A stretch of 63,808 nucleotides of DNA, filler included, from Welwitschia mirabilis (taxonomy: Eukaryota): the NCBI GenBank assembly GCA_051453625.1. It is 5 parts of one record of this genome, joined end to end, with 100 filler letters (N's around TTAATTAATTAA, not from the genome) between each part and the next. Parts side by side here need not be neighbours in the genome. Positions count along the whole stretch, not along the records: positions 18,300 to 32,145 come from JBOZIK010000001.1; positions 32,246 to 47,618 come from JBOZIK010000001.1; 3 more parts are not named here. One strand, 5' to 3'. The position numbers were made by a program, and so were the translations under genes. Within the stretch, counting starts at the first letter, position 1, and every line of letters begins with the position of its first letter. The notes under the pieces are model-generated. The model was not told where the DNA came from, made no database searches, and saw only the letters and a program-made list of their open reading frames with translations. Below, piece by piece: positions 26,900 to 41,560 of this stretch.

Positions 26900-29626
26900 A
26901 TGACATGCCATCATCCTCTTGCAAGTATTGATGACATAGTGGACTATTACACAAAAGGCTTTTCGTAAAAGTAGAGGATATCTGCCATTATATTTAACCT
27001 TTATAGTGATCACATATATAAATAGAAAGCTTCCTTAATTTGAATCACTAAATATTTGATTATTCCTATAGGTTTATTAATTGATACATTAACCAATTTT
27101 AATACTATTTTTATAGGTTCAATCCTCTCTTTTAATCCAAGCTTTTTACAAATATACAAATGCATAATATTGATACTTGCTCCTATGTTTATTAAAGTTT
27201 TTTTGGTTTTTTATTTCCTTCTAAAATAACACCAATAGTAGTGGTCCATAGATCTTTAAACTTAGGATATTTTTGAGAAACTAAGTTGGGAAGAGATTAT
27301 GCAATGAATACTTTATTTAGGATGACCATCTTTTGTTTTTTTCTTACTAAGTCATTCCAAATTTTGTTGTACTAGGGATTGTCTTGAAGGATCCTTCAAA
27401 AGGGTAAATTGATAGTAACATCAATCATAATTACCTTTTAAGTGCTCATCATAAGTTGGATTGTTATTTAACCTATCTAGTCATGAGGTAGTCTTCTCCT
27501 TTGAATGTTAGTTATTGTTGAATTCAAAGTTGACAGTAGGAGGAAAGTTTAGTTGATCAAGAATTTCAATATCATCTTCTTGCTTCCTCATCTTTATGGA
27601 TATAAGTTGAAGATTTTTCATGAGATTTAGTATTATGTCCACTTCTGGTTACTACTTTCCAATCTTTCTTTACATCATTCAGGTTTGAAATAGTTTGATT
27701 TGAAAGTGAGTCTTATGGCCTTTAATTTTCTAGCATGTTTTGTTAAAGGAGATCAAGCAAATTTTCTAAGTTCTTATTTTGATTTTTTAGAATTTTATTA
27801 GTGGTATCTTGTATCTTTTTAAGTTCTTCCATCATTTTTGTATAAGGGTCATTTCTGTTATANNNNNNNNNNNNNNNNNNNNNNNNNNNNNNNNNNNNNN
27901 NNNNNNNNNNNNNNNNNNNNNNNNNNNNNNNNNNNNNNNNNNNNNNNNNNNNNNNNNNNNNNNNNNNNNNNNNNNNNNNNNNNNNNNNNNNNNNNNNNNN
28001 NNNNNNNNNNNNNNNNNNNNNNNNNNNNNNNNNNNNNNNNNNNNNNNNNNNNNNNNNNNNNNNNNNNNNNNNNNNNNNNNNNNNNNNNNNNNNNNNNNNN
28101 NNNNNNNNNNNNNNNNNNNNNNNNNNNNNNNNNNNNNNNNNNNNNNNNNNNNNNNNNNNNNNNNNNNNNNNNNNNNNNNNNNNNNNNNNNNNNNNNNNNN
28201 NNNNNNNNNNNNNNCTTATTTTGATTTTTTAGAATTTTATTAGTGGTGTCTTGTATCTTTTTAAGTTCTTCCATCATTTTTGTATAAGGGTCATTTCTGT
28301 TATAGTTGAAAAAATTGGATTGAGAGTTATGACTTTTTTATTTATTGTCAAATGAAGGTTGGAAAGATGTTGAAGGTCCATGATTTCTTGGTGTATATTA
28401 TTGGTTTCCTTCAAAGTTGTTTGGTTTTCGGTTGAATACATAAAATTCATTGAATATAGCCTCTCTACAAGTTGGTAAAACTAGATATTTCTTGGTAAAG
28501 TGATAGTTTTCATCACATATTTTACAATGGTTGAGTTGATTTAGTTATTTTACATTAGTTAAAACTTTTATATAACCATCTAATATACTAGTAAGACCAC
28601 TAAGTAGGGTGTTAACCTTTTGTTATTCTTCTTCATGTTGCACATTTTTGAGTATCTAAGCATTTTACTTATAGTTCTAATGTCTTTACATGCAGTTTTT
28701 AGCTAATTTTGAATTCTTTCTATAATGTCTTTCAATAAGTTAAAAGCATAATCTAAGGTTAAACTAAGTAAATCTTGATCATATGAAAAATCTACCATTT
28801 GTTTGATTTGACTATTTAATCCACTATAGAAGTGATCCATAAGTTCTTGTTTTTCAAACTCATTCACTAGGTTGAATGACATGGCAATTAAGAATATTTC
28901 ATATGTTGAGGAATAACCTTCATAAGGGTATTATTGAAAATTTATTACTTCTTTTTTTTTTTGTTCTCATAACTGTCTCATCCATGAATCATTTGATAAA
29001 GACTTCTTGTACATGATTCCATGAATTAAGACTTTTATGTGGAATGGTTTTAAGCCAATTTTTTGCTTTTTTTAAAAGGTAAATGAAAATATTATCATAT
29101 AGGTCCTATATAAAATTTTATTTTTCCCATTTCCATAAGTAAGAATGGATTGTTCAATCTCAGCTATGTGTTAGAATGGGTCTTCATTAGGTTTTCTAAA
29201 AAAGGTAGGATAGGTATTCAAGTTTTTTAACTCTACATCATCTCTAGGGGGTAGGTTAAATGGGTTTTAAAGTTTCCTCTTTTTGTTAGCTAACATATCT
29301 TTTAAAGTGACATTTGAATTAGAGGATCCTAATATTTTGAGTGAATATTTATTGGATGCCATAGAGGTAAGAGTATTAGGATGATTAAGCAAAAGAGGAG
29401 GGGTAAAATTTTTATTAAATCTTGGCTGATTTTTAGAAATTTTTAAAAACTTAGAAGTATTTGAATAAGAAATAGTAAATGCAAGATAATCATCTTGATC
29501 AATTAAAGAATTAAGTTTTTCTTTATCATCTTGAGTTCTTGAATTAAAGTCCACCAAACCCTCTTTGATTACTTCATTAAGAAAATGTTTTTCATGAGTG
29601 TATTTTTCTTTGTTGCTATTTACCAT
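26900..29626 (-). pseudogene. Athila-like gag-protease pseudogene
   Basis: NPFNLPPRDDVELKNLNTYPTF..NEDPF and AKNWLKTIPHKSLNSW (retrotransposon gag, homologous to 56143-56859). Protease remnant KKTLINIGASINIM at ~27160-27205. Confidence 0.85.
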
Positions 29627-30119
29627 TATACTGTAAGATCAATTTATGCTAAATAAAGTTCTTTACGTTCAAGTGGCATCAATCTCTAGGATCACAAAAA
29701 GGTACAAGGAGTAGGATATACTAAATGAATGTGGCAATTACTTAGATCACATAAAGTGCAAAGTGTAGGCCAAGTTTACTACAAGTAATAATCAATGTGG
29801 TAATCCTCAAGATCATACGAAGTGTAAGGGGTAGACCTAAAAAATTAATGAATTAAAATATAAAATTCCTAAAAGTAAAATTTCACTTAATAGTAAAGAA
29901 AGAAAAATTGCAAGAAATAAAAATTACAATTTACAAGAAAGGAAAATTAAAGTACACTCTAAATGAATAATTAAATAATTACTTGTAGACCAAAAAGATA
30001 ATCAAGAAATTGCAAGTACATCCAAAAGGATAAAATACATAAATACTCAAATAAAAAAATTGAAATGAATTTAAAATACTTACTTGAGTAATGATAATCT
30101 TCATTTTCTCTTAAAGTAT

Positions 30120-30146
30120 TCCACAACAATAGTGCCAAAATTTTTT
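30120..30146 (-). other. Degenerate Athila-type PBS
   Basis: Minus strand TGGCACTATTGTTGTGGA versus TGGCGCCGTTGCCGGGGA, adjacent to the LTR end (TGCATCA). Confidence 0.7.
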
Positions 30147-31241
30147 GATGCATATTTATACTTCTAATTCCAATATTTTAAAGATCAAATTTAACTTGCA
30201 ACATCTAAAAAAATAAATATTTAAATTCACATAATACACATTTGTATAGTAGGATCAACCTAAATGTCGTACACCTAGGGAAGACTTTTGAAAGAGAATA
30301 TGAAAAATTACTTTCAAAAAGAGAAGAATAACATATTTTGGAATTTTACTTTAAAGGAAATAAAATTAAACAATGCAAAGATGAAGATGGAATGTAATGC
30401 AATGGAATGGAATGAAATTCAATGTAATAAATGCATTTCGATTGTAATGAATTAATTAAAATTTCAATCTACTATCACTTAGATTAGTCCTTATAATCTA
30501 TTTTAATTATAAATTTATGTCACTTAAATTGTCATTAATATAAGCTATAAGAAAGAACAATAAAACATTTGAAAATATTTCAATTTAATCAATACTTTTA
30601 TTAATGAAATTGAAGTACATCCACTTACAACAACAACTCCTTAATGAAAGATTCACTGCCTAACACCAAGGTGGTTTTTCTCACAAGTAGGATGGATTTC
30701 CTTGCCTTAAATAATCTCTAATTATCATAAGAATGTAGATACAAAAGATGATATTTAATAGAATCTTAAAGGGCCTATTTATAGGTTGGGATAGGTTGCT
30801 AAAGGATGTTAAACAAAGAGATGCAAGTTAGATCCACCCTTTCATAACAATTTAATTAAATTTACAAATTATTTTGAGTGTCATTCCTTATGTCATTCCC
30901 ATGACATAGAGGACGATACTCCATCTTTCAACTAATGCTTAGCACGTGTCAAAAATGCTAACTATCATCCCGATCATCATCCTCATGATACAAAGGACAA
31001 CTATATTATGACTGTCATCTTCTCTGTCATCCTAATGATAGTAAGGATGACCAATATATCTTTATCACTTTGCTTTAGTTGATTATTATCCAAAAATTGC
31101 TTCTTATTTGGAATATTATTGCATCTTTTGACCTATATGAAATCTTTGTAGAATTTACATAAATCTGTAGAAATACTTGTTAATAGGACCTAAAAATGTA
31201 CTCTATAAGTGTAAAAAAAAGGTAAAGTTGTCATCACAACA
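30147..31241 (-). repeat. Athila-like LTR C2 (shared middle LTR)
   Basis: TG...CA termini. PBS on the left and PPT (TAGCCCCCTACTTAGC) on the right. Confidence 0.9.
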
Positions 31242-32245
31242 TAGCCCCCTACTTAGCATTTATCAGTTCCTAACAAAGTAAATAATAAGTTGTAAGCCAA
31301 CTGATAAAAGAAACTCAAAAAATGTATATCATTTAGATTTAAGAGTACAACATGTAAAATACATCTATAAAAAAGCATAAGTTAAATTGATGTATATTAT
31401 AAATTATTAAGTTTAACATCATAAAAAAGTTACATAAGTCATGAAGGAAAGGTAAAGTAGGGTAATAATTTTATAATTACAAGGTTAAGTGATAAACGAA
31501 GTTATAAAAAGGGATATTGTCAAAAGAAAGAAAAGCATCAATATTATTATGTGAAAGGATGATCAAAACAAAAGTTAATTTGATTTTATGCATAATAATT
31601 AAGTGGTAAAAAAATGTAACAAGTAGACTAGAAAATGACAAAGTCCTAACTATTATTTTGAAAGAGGTAAGAAAAATGACTTTAAGAAGACAAACCCTCA
31701 AACTAAGATAAGATAAAAAGAAAAATGAATAACACAGAAAATGAAGAAGATTAACTTTTTGGTTAAAATTAGACTTAACAAAATTTCTTGGTAAGGTTAT
31801 AGAGCTACTTAATATAGAAATGCATGGTTCAATGTGAAACACCAAAGAATACTATTCCAAGATGTAGAGATGATGATACTATTTATTAATTATATTTTGC
31901 AAGGTATCAAGTTATGTTTAGCTATGATTCAATTCTTTTTCAGCTATGACAACCATGGGACTTTGATAAGATATCATCCAATAATCAATATACTCATATG
32001 CTCATAAAGTCTTTGCCTTAGAGTGATGGGAGTTTTAGTCAATGGGATGTTGAATAATACATCCATCATGATGAGGAGAGTGCAACCACTACCAAGAAAA
32101 TAAGAACCCACAAGCTGAAGCTAGATCATGGCCAACTAATCCTCCNNNNNNNNNNNNNNNNNNNNNNNNNNNNNNNNNNNNNNNNNNNNTTAATTAATTA
32201 ANNNNNNNNNNNNNNNNNNNNNNNNNNNNNNNNNNNNNNNNNNNN

Positions 32246-32884
32246 GAAATTAAATTACGTCTACTTATGACAATAACTCCTTAATGGAAGATTCACTACC
32301 TAACACCAAGGTGGTTCTTGTCATAAGTAGGATGGATTTCCTTACCTCTAACAAGCTTTAATTGTCATAAAAATGTAGATAACAAATGCCAATTTTAAGA
32401 AAGATAAAAAAGGGTCTATTTATAGGTTGGGATAGGTTGCTAAGGGGTGTGAAATGAAGAGCTACAAGTTAGATCCATTATTTCATAATAATTTAATTAA
32501 TTTTACAAATCATTTTGAATATCGTTCATCGTGTTGTCCCCACGACATGGAGGACGACACTCCATCTACCAACTAATGCTCAATACATGTTGAAAATGTT
32601 GACTATCATCCTAATTATCATTTTTATGACACAGTGATGACTATACTTTTCTGACTTTCATCCCCTCTATTATCCCCACAACATAGAGGGTAATCATAAT
32701 ATATTCATCAAATTTCTTTGGTTCATCATCATTCAAAAATGGCTTTTTGTGTTGGAATTTATTGCATCTTTTGATCTATATGGAAGCTTTATATAATTTA
32801 CATAAATTCCTTAAAAAACCTATTAATAAGACCTGAAAATGTACTTCACAAGTGTATTAAATAGATCAAGTTGGCATCATGACA
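32246..32884 (-). repeat. Athila-like LTR C3 (partial)
   Basis: Colinear with 23477-24113. Ends GGCATCATGACA with no PPT following. Confidence 0.85.
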
Positions 32885-32999
32885 ATTGTCATCATAAAAT
32901 GGTCATCTTTAAGCACATCCTTCAAAATGTGATAATTAACTTGAAATTATTATGGGAAATCGATAAGTTTAAAATGAATATCTAAATCAATAGAGGACA

Positions 33000-35900
33000 T
33001 ATTTTTATGATAAAATTAATTATACTAATGTCTTTAATTAATATAATTTGGTCATTTAACTTGATTGTAATGTCAATTTTTACATGTTAATAGTATCTAA
33101 CATAAGTCATATACTCTCTGACATCCTTAGTCTAATGATTAAATAGAAGTAATAAATAGGGAATTAAATAGGATCATGATAAAAAATATTAATATAAAGA
33201 AAACAAACTAGACCAAGAAACTAAATTAAACTCTTTAAGCTTATAGAATAACTTAGAAAGACAATATAGGATTTACACCTTATAAGTTAACTTATGAAAA
33301 TAAAGCAACATTGTCACTTGAATTTAGAGTAAAAACTTTTAAAGTAGCTAACGAACTAGAATTAATATAGAAAAAGCTTAAAAATAATAAATAGAAAATA
33401 TAAATTTTTATTATGAAATGAGAAAAGAATTATTTTTAAGTAAAAAAGTTGTTTAAGAAAGAACTAAATTATGTCATGATAAGAAATAAGAAAAATGAAT
33501 GTTAAGGAACGATAGTCAGTTATAGCTTATGATCTTTAAAAAACTTAAATAAAAATAAAGATATGAATAAAATTAACTTGGACCTTATACCATAATGAAG
33601 GTTATAAGAAATGGTGATATAGAAATATATAATATAGAGGAAAAATGAATTATTAAGTTAATGGTTAAAGACTAAAAGTATATAATGATTATAAATGTTT
33701 ATTAAACTATTTAGGAAACTTAAATAGACTAGAAAGAGTCTTTCTACTTACAAAAGAATACCTTAATAAAGAAATGCACATATATTAGATACATATATGT
33801 ATGAAACCATATCATATCTTTGGAAATATCCCTTACATTGCTTAAAAGATTAATTGAATGATCATTGAATGCAAGAAATAATATTATAATTAGAAAAAAT
33901 ATATTTTGCATACTATGAAAATTTAGAGGTACTATCTATTACATGTTAAGGAAAATGTCTTTCTCCTAAGAAAAAGAGTTAAAAAGAAAAAAAAAAAGAC
34001 CCCTAATGTACTACTATAGGTGGACTAAAGCACAAATTTCCAAAGGGGGCCTTTGGTATTAGGAGCCTAGATAATCATAATTTCAAGAAATTCTATAGGT
34101 TCTTACTCATCTAATAGTGGTTGTACTTTTTTCATTACGGGTAAATAAATAAATATGAGCTGTAATAAGAAAAAGGGATAAGAAACAATTGTGCCCTAGA
34201 AGTCATCCAAGGTATAACTAGTTACCTAGTCCTATATTATCAGCAACTCATAATAAGAAATGAAGATATGAGATTACCTTAGCATGTAATAGAAATAACT
34301 CAAAAAACTTTAATTTCAAATTATCCATAATTATGAGTTCTTGTTATGCAACCAATTTCTTACTCTCAAAGGTTATTTAATTAAATCGTGATAAAATTAA
34401 TGAGATTTTTCTAAATTAACATTAACATGATATAGTGCAACTAAATGAACTATTAATAAAGTCCTAAGAATTAAATCATAAAACAAACATCTTTATTAAT
34501 TTTTAAAGGGTTTATCTCATTAGAATGTTATCAATAAAAAGATATAATTTATTTGAGGAACAAAAAGGGGAAAAAAGAGTAGGAGCTAGAAAAGCTGGAA
34601 AAATCATTTCTTATAGGGGCTCGAAAATTTATTATTCTTGTTTAATCTCCTAGGTTTAAAGAACCCTGAGGAGATGTTAGTAGATGAATATTAGCTAGAA
34701 TATTAGTAAGTGTTTACATGCTAAAATTGACATTACAAGTAAGTATAATTAATTAATTTATCATAGGGAGAAATAATAAATTAATAATTTTGTCACATAT
34801 TAATGTTTTCTACCATTTTTATTCAATTGTGATGAAATCAACAACTTCCCTTAACATTAGAAAGGTTAATTGCTATATTCTAAAAACTTGTGCACAAACT
34901 AAGCAAATAACAACATCAAATGTTGGTGTCATTAGCTAGGACACTAGCTCTACGATCTTTCTAAGGCAAATTAAGGAGCCACTCACATTCTTACATTATT
35001 TTGAAGAGTTCATCACATTTTCCTTATGTGCTAAGATAGGAGTAATTTAGAATAAAAGTTTAAACCTGAAGACACATGGCAGAAGTATAAAATGAGATGT
35101 TGTAGGGACATGTAGTACAAACAAGGATTACTACATGAAAGATACATGATATAACATTTGTTTACAACATCATCAACAATCAGAGGATACATCATCAACA
35201 TGTTTTCATTAAAAGATAAAGGAATCCTCTTTATGGCTACATGTTAAATAATTATAACTTCCGCTTATGTAACCAAGCTTAAGTAACCCTCTTTATGTAA
35301 CCACCACCTAATGTAATCATGATGTAACTCCTCTAGCATTTTATCATCTATTAAATGGACTTGAGAACCCCTTATAAAAATTTTTTATTTGGCTTAATAT
35401 GGGGAAGACTTAAAGAATAGGATATAATGGCACTCTGATCATCTTTTTTAGGGGCAAAATGATTCAAGGCTATTGAGGAATTCTTATTCTTCTTCTCCTT
35501 CATTAGTGTAGTGCATCCTAATTTCTATTTTAATAAAGAATTGATTTAAACCCTTTCATTCTTGTTGCACAATTTATTTGACATTAGCCATATTTATGCA
35601 TGTCCATTTCTTGAATTAGTTTAAATATGTTCATTGTTATTACATACGAATTTAGCATTAGTAATATTTATGTAGAACTAATTCTAAGTGTGTTTTGTTC
35701 TTTTATTATTATTGCATAATCATTTTAGCATTAATAATTTTAGGTAGACCTCACTTAGTAATCAAGTTTTAGGATATATAAATCATTAAAATGAAGGTAA
35801 AGAGCTAGATAAAATGATTAGATACTTGAAGCATTTTCATTGCATCACCAAATTTTCATTTTTTTTGATTAAGTTACCACATATATCACTATGGAAGAAT

Positions 35901-38590
35901 GATAACTAAGTGCAAAATTAGTTTTAAGTTTAAATCACTATAAATCTATGATCATATTTTGATTCCATTACTAGGAATATATTAGTATGATAACTTTTCA
36001 AGAGCGCATGATTTCTTCTTGCAAATATTTTTTTTTTTTTTAGGTTTTTTTTTTCAATGGTGGATACTGGTCCTTCTTCTAGTAATACCTAGACTGATCC
36101 TTTTCTTTTTTGTTCTAGTATTTTCTTTTCCTTCTGATGGTAGGAACTCATACTTTTACTAATAAAACCTAAACTAGTCAAAATTGTTAAGTTTGGTTAT
36201 CTTTTCTAATAAGTAAAACTTTATTTTTATAACTAATATTTTGAGTTATAAGTCTAGTGTATTTCCTGTAGGTACAACCAAATCTAAAACTATGAATCAA
36301 AACTAAATTAAACTTTAATAATTTATTTTATATTTTATGTTTTGTTTTTAATTAAAATCTATGATTTTTTTATTTCTATTAATTCTTATTTTTGTTAAAA
36401 TTTTTAAGAAAATTAAAAACATTTAGGTGAATTTTCTAGGTTAAATTTTATAAAATTACAATCATTTTGGGTCCCTATATAAAACATCTAAAAAACATCT
36501 CTTAGAACTTGTAACCTAAAAACTATTGCACTAACCAAATTAATATTCTATTTTGTTTGTAAATCTTTTTTTCAGATGGATCAATACCACTACATTTCTT
36601 GACTAGTGCTACTAGTGTTTTTGAGCTAAATACTTTGTAACTTGGATACATACATCCTAGAGTCTCTCTAAAGTTTTAAGATTATAGCCTTTTTTTAATA
36701 CTCCAATAAATCAGAAAAATGTAAACCTTAGTCCTAGACTGTAAGCCATTTTCTAATCCTTTGATAATTAGTTGACCTTATTATCCATTTTAAACACCTT
36801 TTAGTTAGTAGCCTGTCTATACCTATAGCTTTAAAAATCAAAACCAATCTAAATGCCTTATAAAAGACTTAATTTGATCTAGAAAAACCTTTGAAAAGTA
36901 TCCTCAAATTAATTTATATCTAAATAAACCTCCTCATAATTATGAATTCTAAAGCCTACATATTCATCATTAGGAGTTTGGTTTCACACCTTTCTTTACC
37001 ACTCATAATTCTTACCCTTCATCTCACTTTTTTGTATTCTTCATCCTTGAACAAATACCCATCATCTTCATACATGCAACAAATAATCTTAACGTCCTTT
37101 AAGGGTACCTTTTAAAGATTCTTAGAAGGTGTAATTGAATCTTATTCCATCACACTTTAACTCTAGTCATAACTTTTGTAATAATCCACTACAAAAATCA
37201 ATGAAATCCTTAAGCATCATCTTCAATGAATGGCTATAACTAATAATTAAATCCTCAAGGCCTTTAATAAATAACAATAAGAATAAAACCTTTTCCCATT
37301 CAATGAAGTTAATAGCTTTAAAAACTTTGAAGGAATTAATGAAACTAGAATTCATGAAAGATAAATTGGATCCCTTACAAATGAGAACTAAAATCATAAA
37401 AAGCCCATAACAAAACCAACAATGATATCCAAGAAGACCTTGAGTATAGAAATGCCTTAAAGAACGAACGATTGCATGTAAATAGGCTTTACTTCAAAGG
37501 AGGATTAGATACTTTAGATTAGATAACGATGATTAATAAATAATAAGTGAGTAATTGTTTGAATAAAATAACAAACTAGAATGTTATACATTAGAAGACA
37601 AACCAATAGGTAACATTGATGAAATAGAAAATAAAACTATCTTTGAACCATAATATTTATTATTTTACAACCTCTTGAGAAAAAATACTTTATTAATGTT
37701 AATGAAGAAAATAACATTAGCCAAGCACATTTACAAGATTGACTCTACAAAGATCCTTCATCTTTTTGTCAACAACCTTTTAAACCCATTATATCATTTT
37801 CATATTTATCTTTTGAGTAATACTTAAACCTTATGAGGAAAATAAACTACCTTCATCTTTAAAATCATCTTTTGATACCATTTTTAATGATCATTTCCCT
37901 TATCTAATGGTTTCTAATTCATGTTTATCTTCATCCAAAAATAACGACTTGCATGAGTTATTGAGTAAATGGAAATAGGATAAGGGATAGATGATTTCTA
38001 ATTTCAAATGCATAAATTATACTTAATGTTAATTTTCTTCTAATTTTTAATAATTCTTGCATAAATGTTTATAGGGATCTAGTTTCATCTTTGAATGCAG
38101 TATATAAATTTGATACATCATTCAAGCATTAAATTCATCATTTTAAACCTTCACATTTGCAATAGCTTGAAAAATGCCTTGAAATTTTTTTAGATTTTTT
38201 GTGTTCTTTTAATTTAGGCTTTTCATTCCTTTTAAAATAAATTTTCATTTAAGAAAACTAAAAATGCTAAAAAAATTTGTTCTTGATGCCCTTTCTTATT
38301 TAAACCCTTGTAAGCACTTCCATTTGTATAATTACAAACTTAAACATTTTTAGGTAGGAATACCAAAATTTCACCTACATCTTTGAATAAATCATCATCA
38401 CCTAAAATCTCATGTTTCATTACTTTGATTTGTCATTTTAGACTAGGTAAAATGTAATTTTATCTATAGTTCTTTGAGAAAAGTTTTTTTTTTTGAATTA
38501 ACTCATTAAGGTTTAGTTTCATCTAAGATTTCATAATTGGAAAATACAGTTAAATTAAGGTGAAATCTACTTTCATACTAAGTAAATTGT
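33000..38590 (+). mobile_element. Highly decayed LTR-retrotransposon-like sequence (boundaries unresolved)
   Basis: ACATCA followed by PBS-like TGGTGTCATTAGCTAGGAC at ~34912-34942. LTR-like texture at 35050-36010. No recognisable protein motif. Confidence 0.35.
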
Positions 38591-39812
38591 TGTTGTGGCA
38601 TATATTTGTGCAAACATCACATCTTCAAATAGATCCTATAAATCACAAATATATATAGATTTTGCATAACCCAATACACTGATATAGATGAAAGTAATCC
38701 AAATGTCATAATCTCATTGAAGACATAGCAAGAAGAAAGAAAATTAATTTCACAAAAACAATATGATATCCTCAAAGTAGAATGAAATAACAATGCAAAT
38801 AAACACACTATGTAAGAATAAATTAAATGCAACTTCCATTTGATTACCAAAATCAAATTGTAATAGAGATCAGCCTTGTATAACTTGGATTAATTAAGAA
38901 AAGCTATTACCATATCAAGACTAACCTAAGCTATCAAGTACATCAAACAGAATATGAAATAAAATTAAATGCAATGCACCTAAAATACTAATGTCAATGT
39001 TAACAAAGGTTTCCCTCATGATCTATGTCACCAAAGAAGTTATCATGGAATTAGAGACAACATAAACCATAAGAGAGATGTACAAAATAAAAGATATGCA
39101 AGAAAAATAGAGTTCTAATTAAAAGCAAACCAATATCTATGTTACAAAACAACAACACCTCATTGAAGGATACATAGCCCAAAACCAAGAAAGACATCTT
39201 TTTGTAATAATAATGGATGGACCTCTAGCCTTTCAGTCTCTTCTGATAAGAATTTCTGATGTAAACATATATGAAAATGGAGTCAAAAGCAGAGGAGGTA
39301 TTTATTACAAATAGACTCCAAAATCAGAAAGAACTAAAACATGCACAAATAATTCTAACAATCATGCAAAAAAGTATGAGAGAAATGGCTAGAGTTTGGT
39401 AAAATTTGGTGAATCTATTATCTCAAATATTATCTTGTTTGTCATCTAGACATCACAGAAGATGATGCAATATTATAAGAATTTCACATTAGCTACTACA
39501 TTTAGTCTAGTAAGCATCCTCTTTTGCTTAAGTGTTTCTATTAAATGTACTATTGTTTCGACAATGAGGTGGATGATAGGTTTTTTTAAAGTATTCTATG
39601 TGTCATACTAGCCTTTCTTATTGTAGAACTATTGATTTAGATAGGAAGTAATATGAATTGTTTAAATGCTGTCAAATGTAATGAAGATTATATGTTTTTG
39701 TAAAATTTGTATTATCTCTCCATTATCATCAAAACTCAGCATAAACCTACGTAATGTCCTATAAAACTACTCATAATACTCTATCAAATACATATATATT
39801 GGTAGTACAACA
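38591..39812 (-). repeat. 3' LTR of Athila-like element D
   Basis: TG...CA termini. Followed on the right by the family PPT block (CACTTAGTCTTGTCAGTCCCT...GATTGCAAGCCAA), homologous to 6196-6258. Confidence 0.7.
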
Positions 39813-40329
39813 TAGGCTTTCACTTAGTCTTGTCAGTCCCTATAAAACTAGTTAAACAACCATGATTGCAAGCCAAATTATTTAAAAATAAATTAACTAG
39901 AAAACTATAAAATAAACTTAGAAATATTTTTAGAAATCTCAGAATTCAAAACAAAAAAGTCAAAAACAGATAACTAAACATTTTACTTATGTAATGCAAC
40001 TAGCTATACTATCATCCTAAGTGTTATTTAGACGATGGAGGAGATGACAGGCTAAAAAATGTTCTTATAAAATAGAAGACTATGAATTTTTTTGAAAAAG
40101 ATAGACATTAAATATACTAATAATTAATATCCCACACTAAAATGTATAGTAGATAAAAGATACAAACATAAATAACATAGATGATTCTTATCATGGAGTG
40201 TGATAAAAAAAAATGCATAAAATCCAGTAATAAAAATATACATCATTATGATACTCAATGAATAAGATGCCTATATATAAATCATGAGTTTATATAATAC
40301 ATGAAGGAGAGGATATAAAAATATAATAA

Positions 40330-41560
40330 TAAATAGTCACTCCCCTCATCTAATCATAATAAACTCCTAGTGGACAATAGGCTTAGATGCAGGAGGAGAA
40401 GAGGGAGAATGCTTAGGGCCTGCAAGGAAATAGGGGTTAAGTGATATTATAATTGTCCACATTGTCTTATCTCTTTATACTCAAATAGGCTTTAGGAGGT
40501 ATACCATCATACTATTCTTTATCTATAAGATGCACTGTTGCACATTCACTAGCTGTTCCTCAATGTGTTGTACTCTCTTCTAAAATGTTCATACCCTCTA
40601 CTCTAATGTAGAGATGTCTCAATTTATGATGTATTTAATTATATCAATAGTCTCTAATAGGAGAACCTAATATACTTTATAAAATCACCAATCGTAGGTC
40701 TTTACACCTGAGATCTCTTTATCTCTCCTAGTACTTAGATATCCATGTTCTACAGGTAATGAGCTAAAGTCTATATATGCATGAATTGTAACTTGCCTAC
40801 AAGATCTAGTATGTCGAAGCATTTAAACATGGTTGAGAGGAGTCATGGATATCCTAGAGTCTAAAACTAATATGACTCTAATATAGGCCTAATTCTCCTT
40901 CAGATAAATGTGGGTACTACTCACCTTGCTTGAATACTATCAAGATCTATAGATGTTAATCATAGCATAACTATTATGAAAAGATAGACTAGTGTTGTGA
41001 ATTATCCCTCTATGTAAAATCTGATAAGAAGGAGTTAACTATGTTACCAAAACTCCTTACCTATCTATAGCTAGATCTGCTAGTATATCTAGTACTATGT
41101 TGTAAACACAATGCTCCTATGTGCCACAAATTAAATGTATTTGAATGCTTCAAATACCACCAAGATTAGTCACTACTATAATATGGTTTGGGAGGATGAT
41201 ACTCTTATGTTCCCAAATCATAGCTATAATCATATTCATAAGCTGGCCATAAGTATCTGGACAATGCTTGATATGCATCGTATCATAAAACTCCCTAGTC
41301 TTAAATACATAGTATGCACCCTGTGTATCTAATGTTCATCAAAGTTATAGGTCTATCAATTGCTAGTCCACCTCATGCTTCACATGGCTTATGAAATCAC
41401 CAAAGTACCTCTCAACACAAATGGTTATGATCTAGATACTCAATGATTGAGCATATCAAGGTGGAGGATGGACTAACTCTACTTGCTTGACCTCAGATTT
41501 AGCATCAGCCTATCTAGCTCTACATATGCATAGCCTACTTAGTCATAAATACATAATACA
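40330..41560 (-). pseudogene. Possible env-like / extra ORF remnant of element D
   Basis: A less AT-rich block between pol and the 3' LTR. Minus translation has a coiled-coil-like stretch (KRVQHIEEQLVNVQQCI) and a Pro-rich tail, with many stops. Confidence 0.4.

Larger units (their letters stand above)
23014..32884 (-). mobile_element. Athila-like Gypsy tandem array C (LTR-internal-LTR-internal-[spacer]-LTR)
   Basis: Three homologous LTRs (23014-24113, 30147-31241, 32246-32884). gag-PR lies in the first internal region. The third LTR is beyond an artificial spacer, so its linkage is unproven. Confidence 0.7.
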
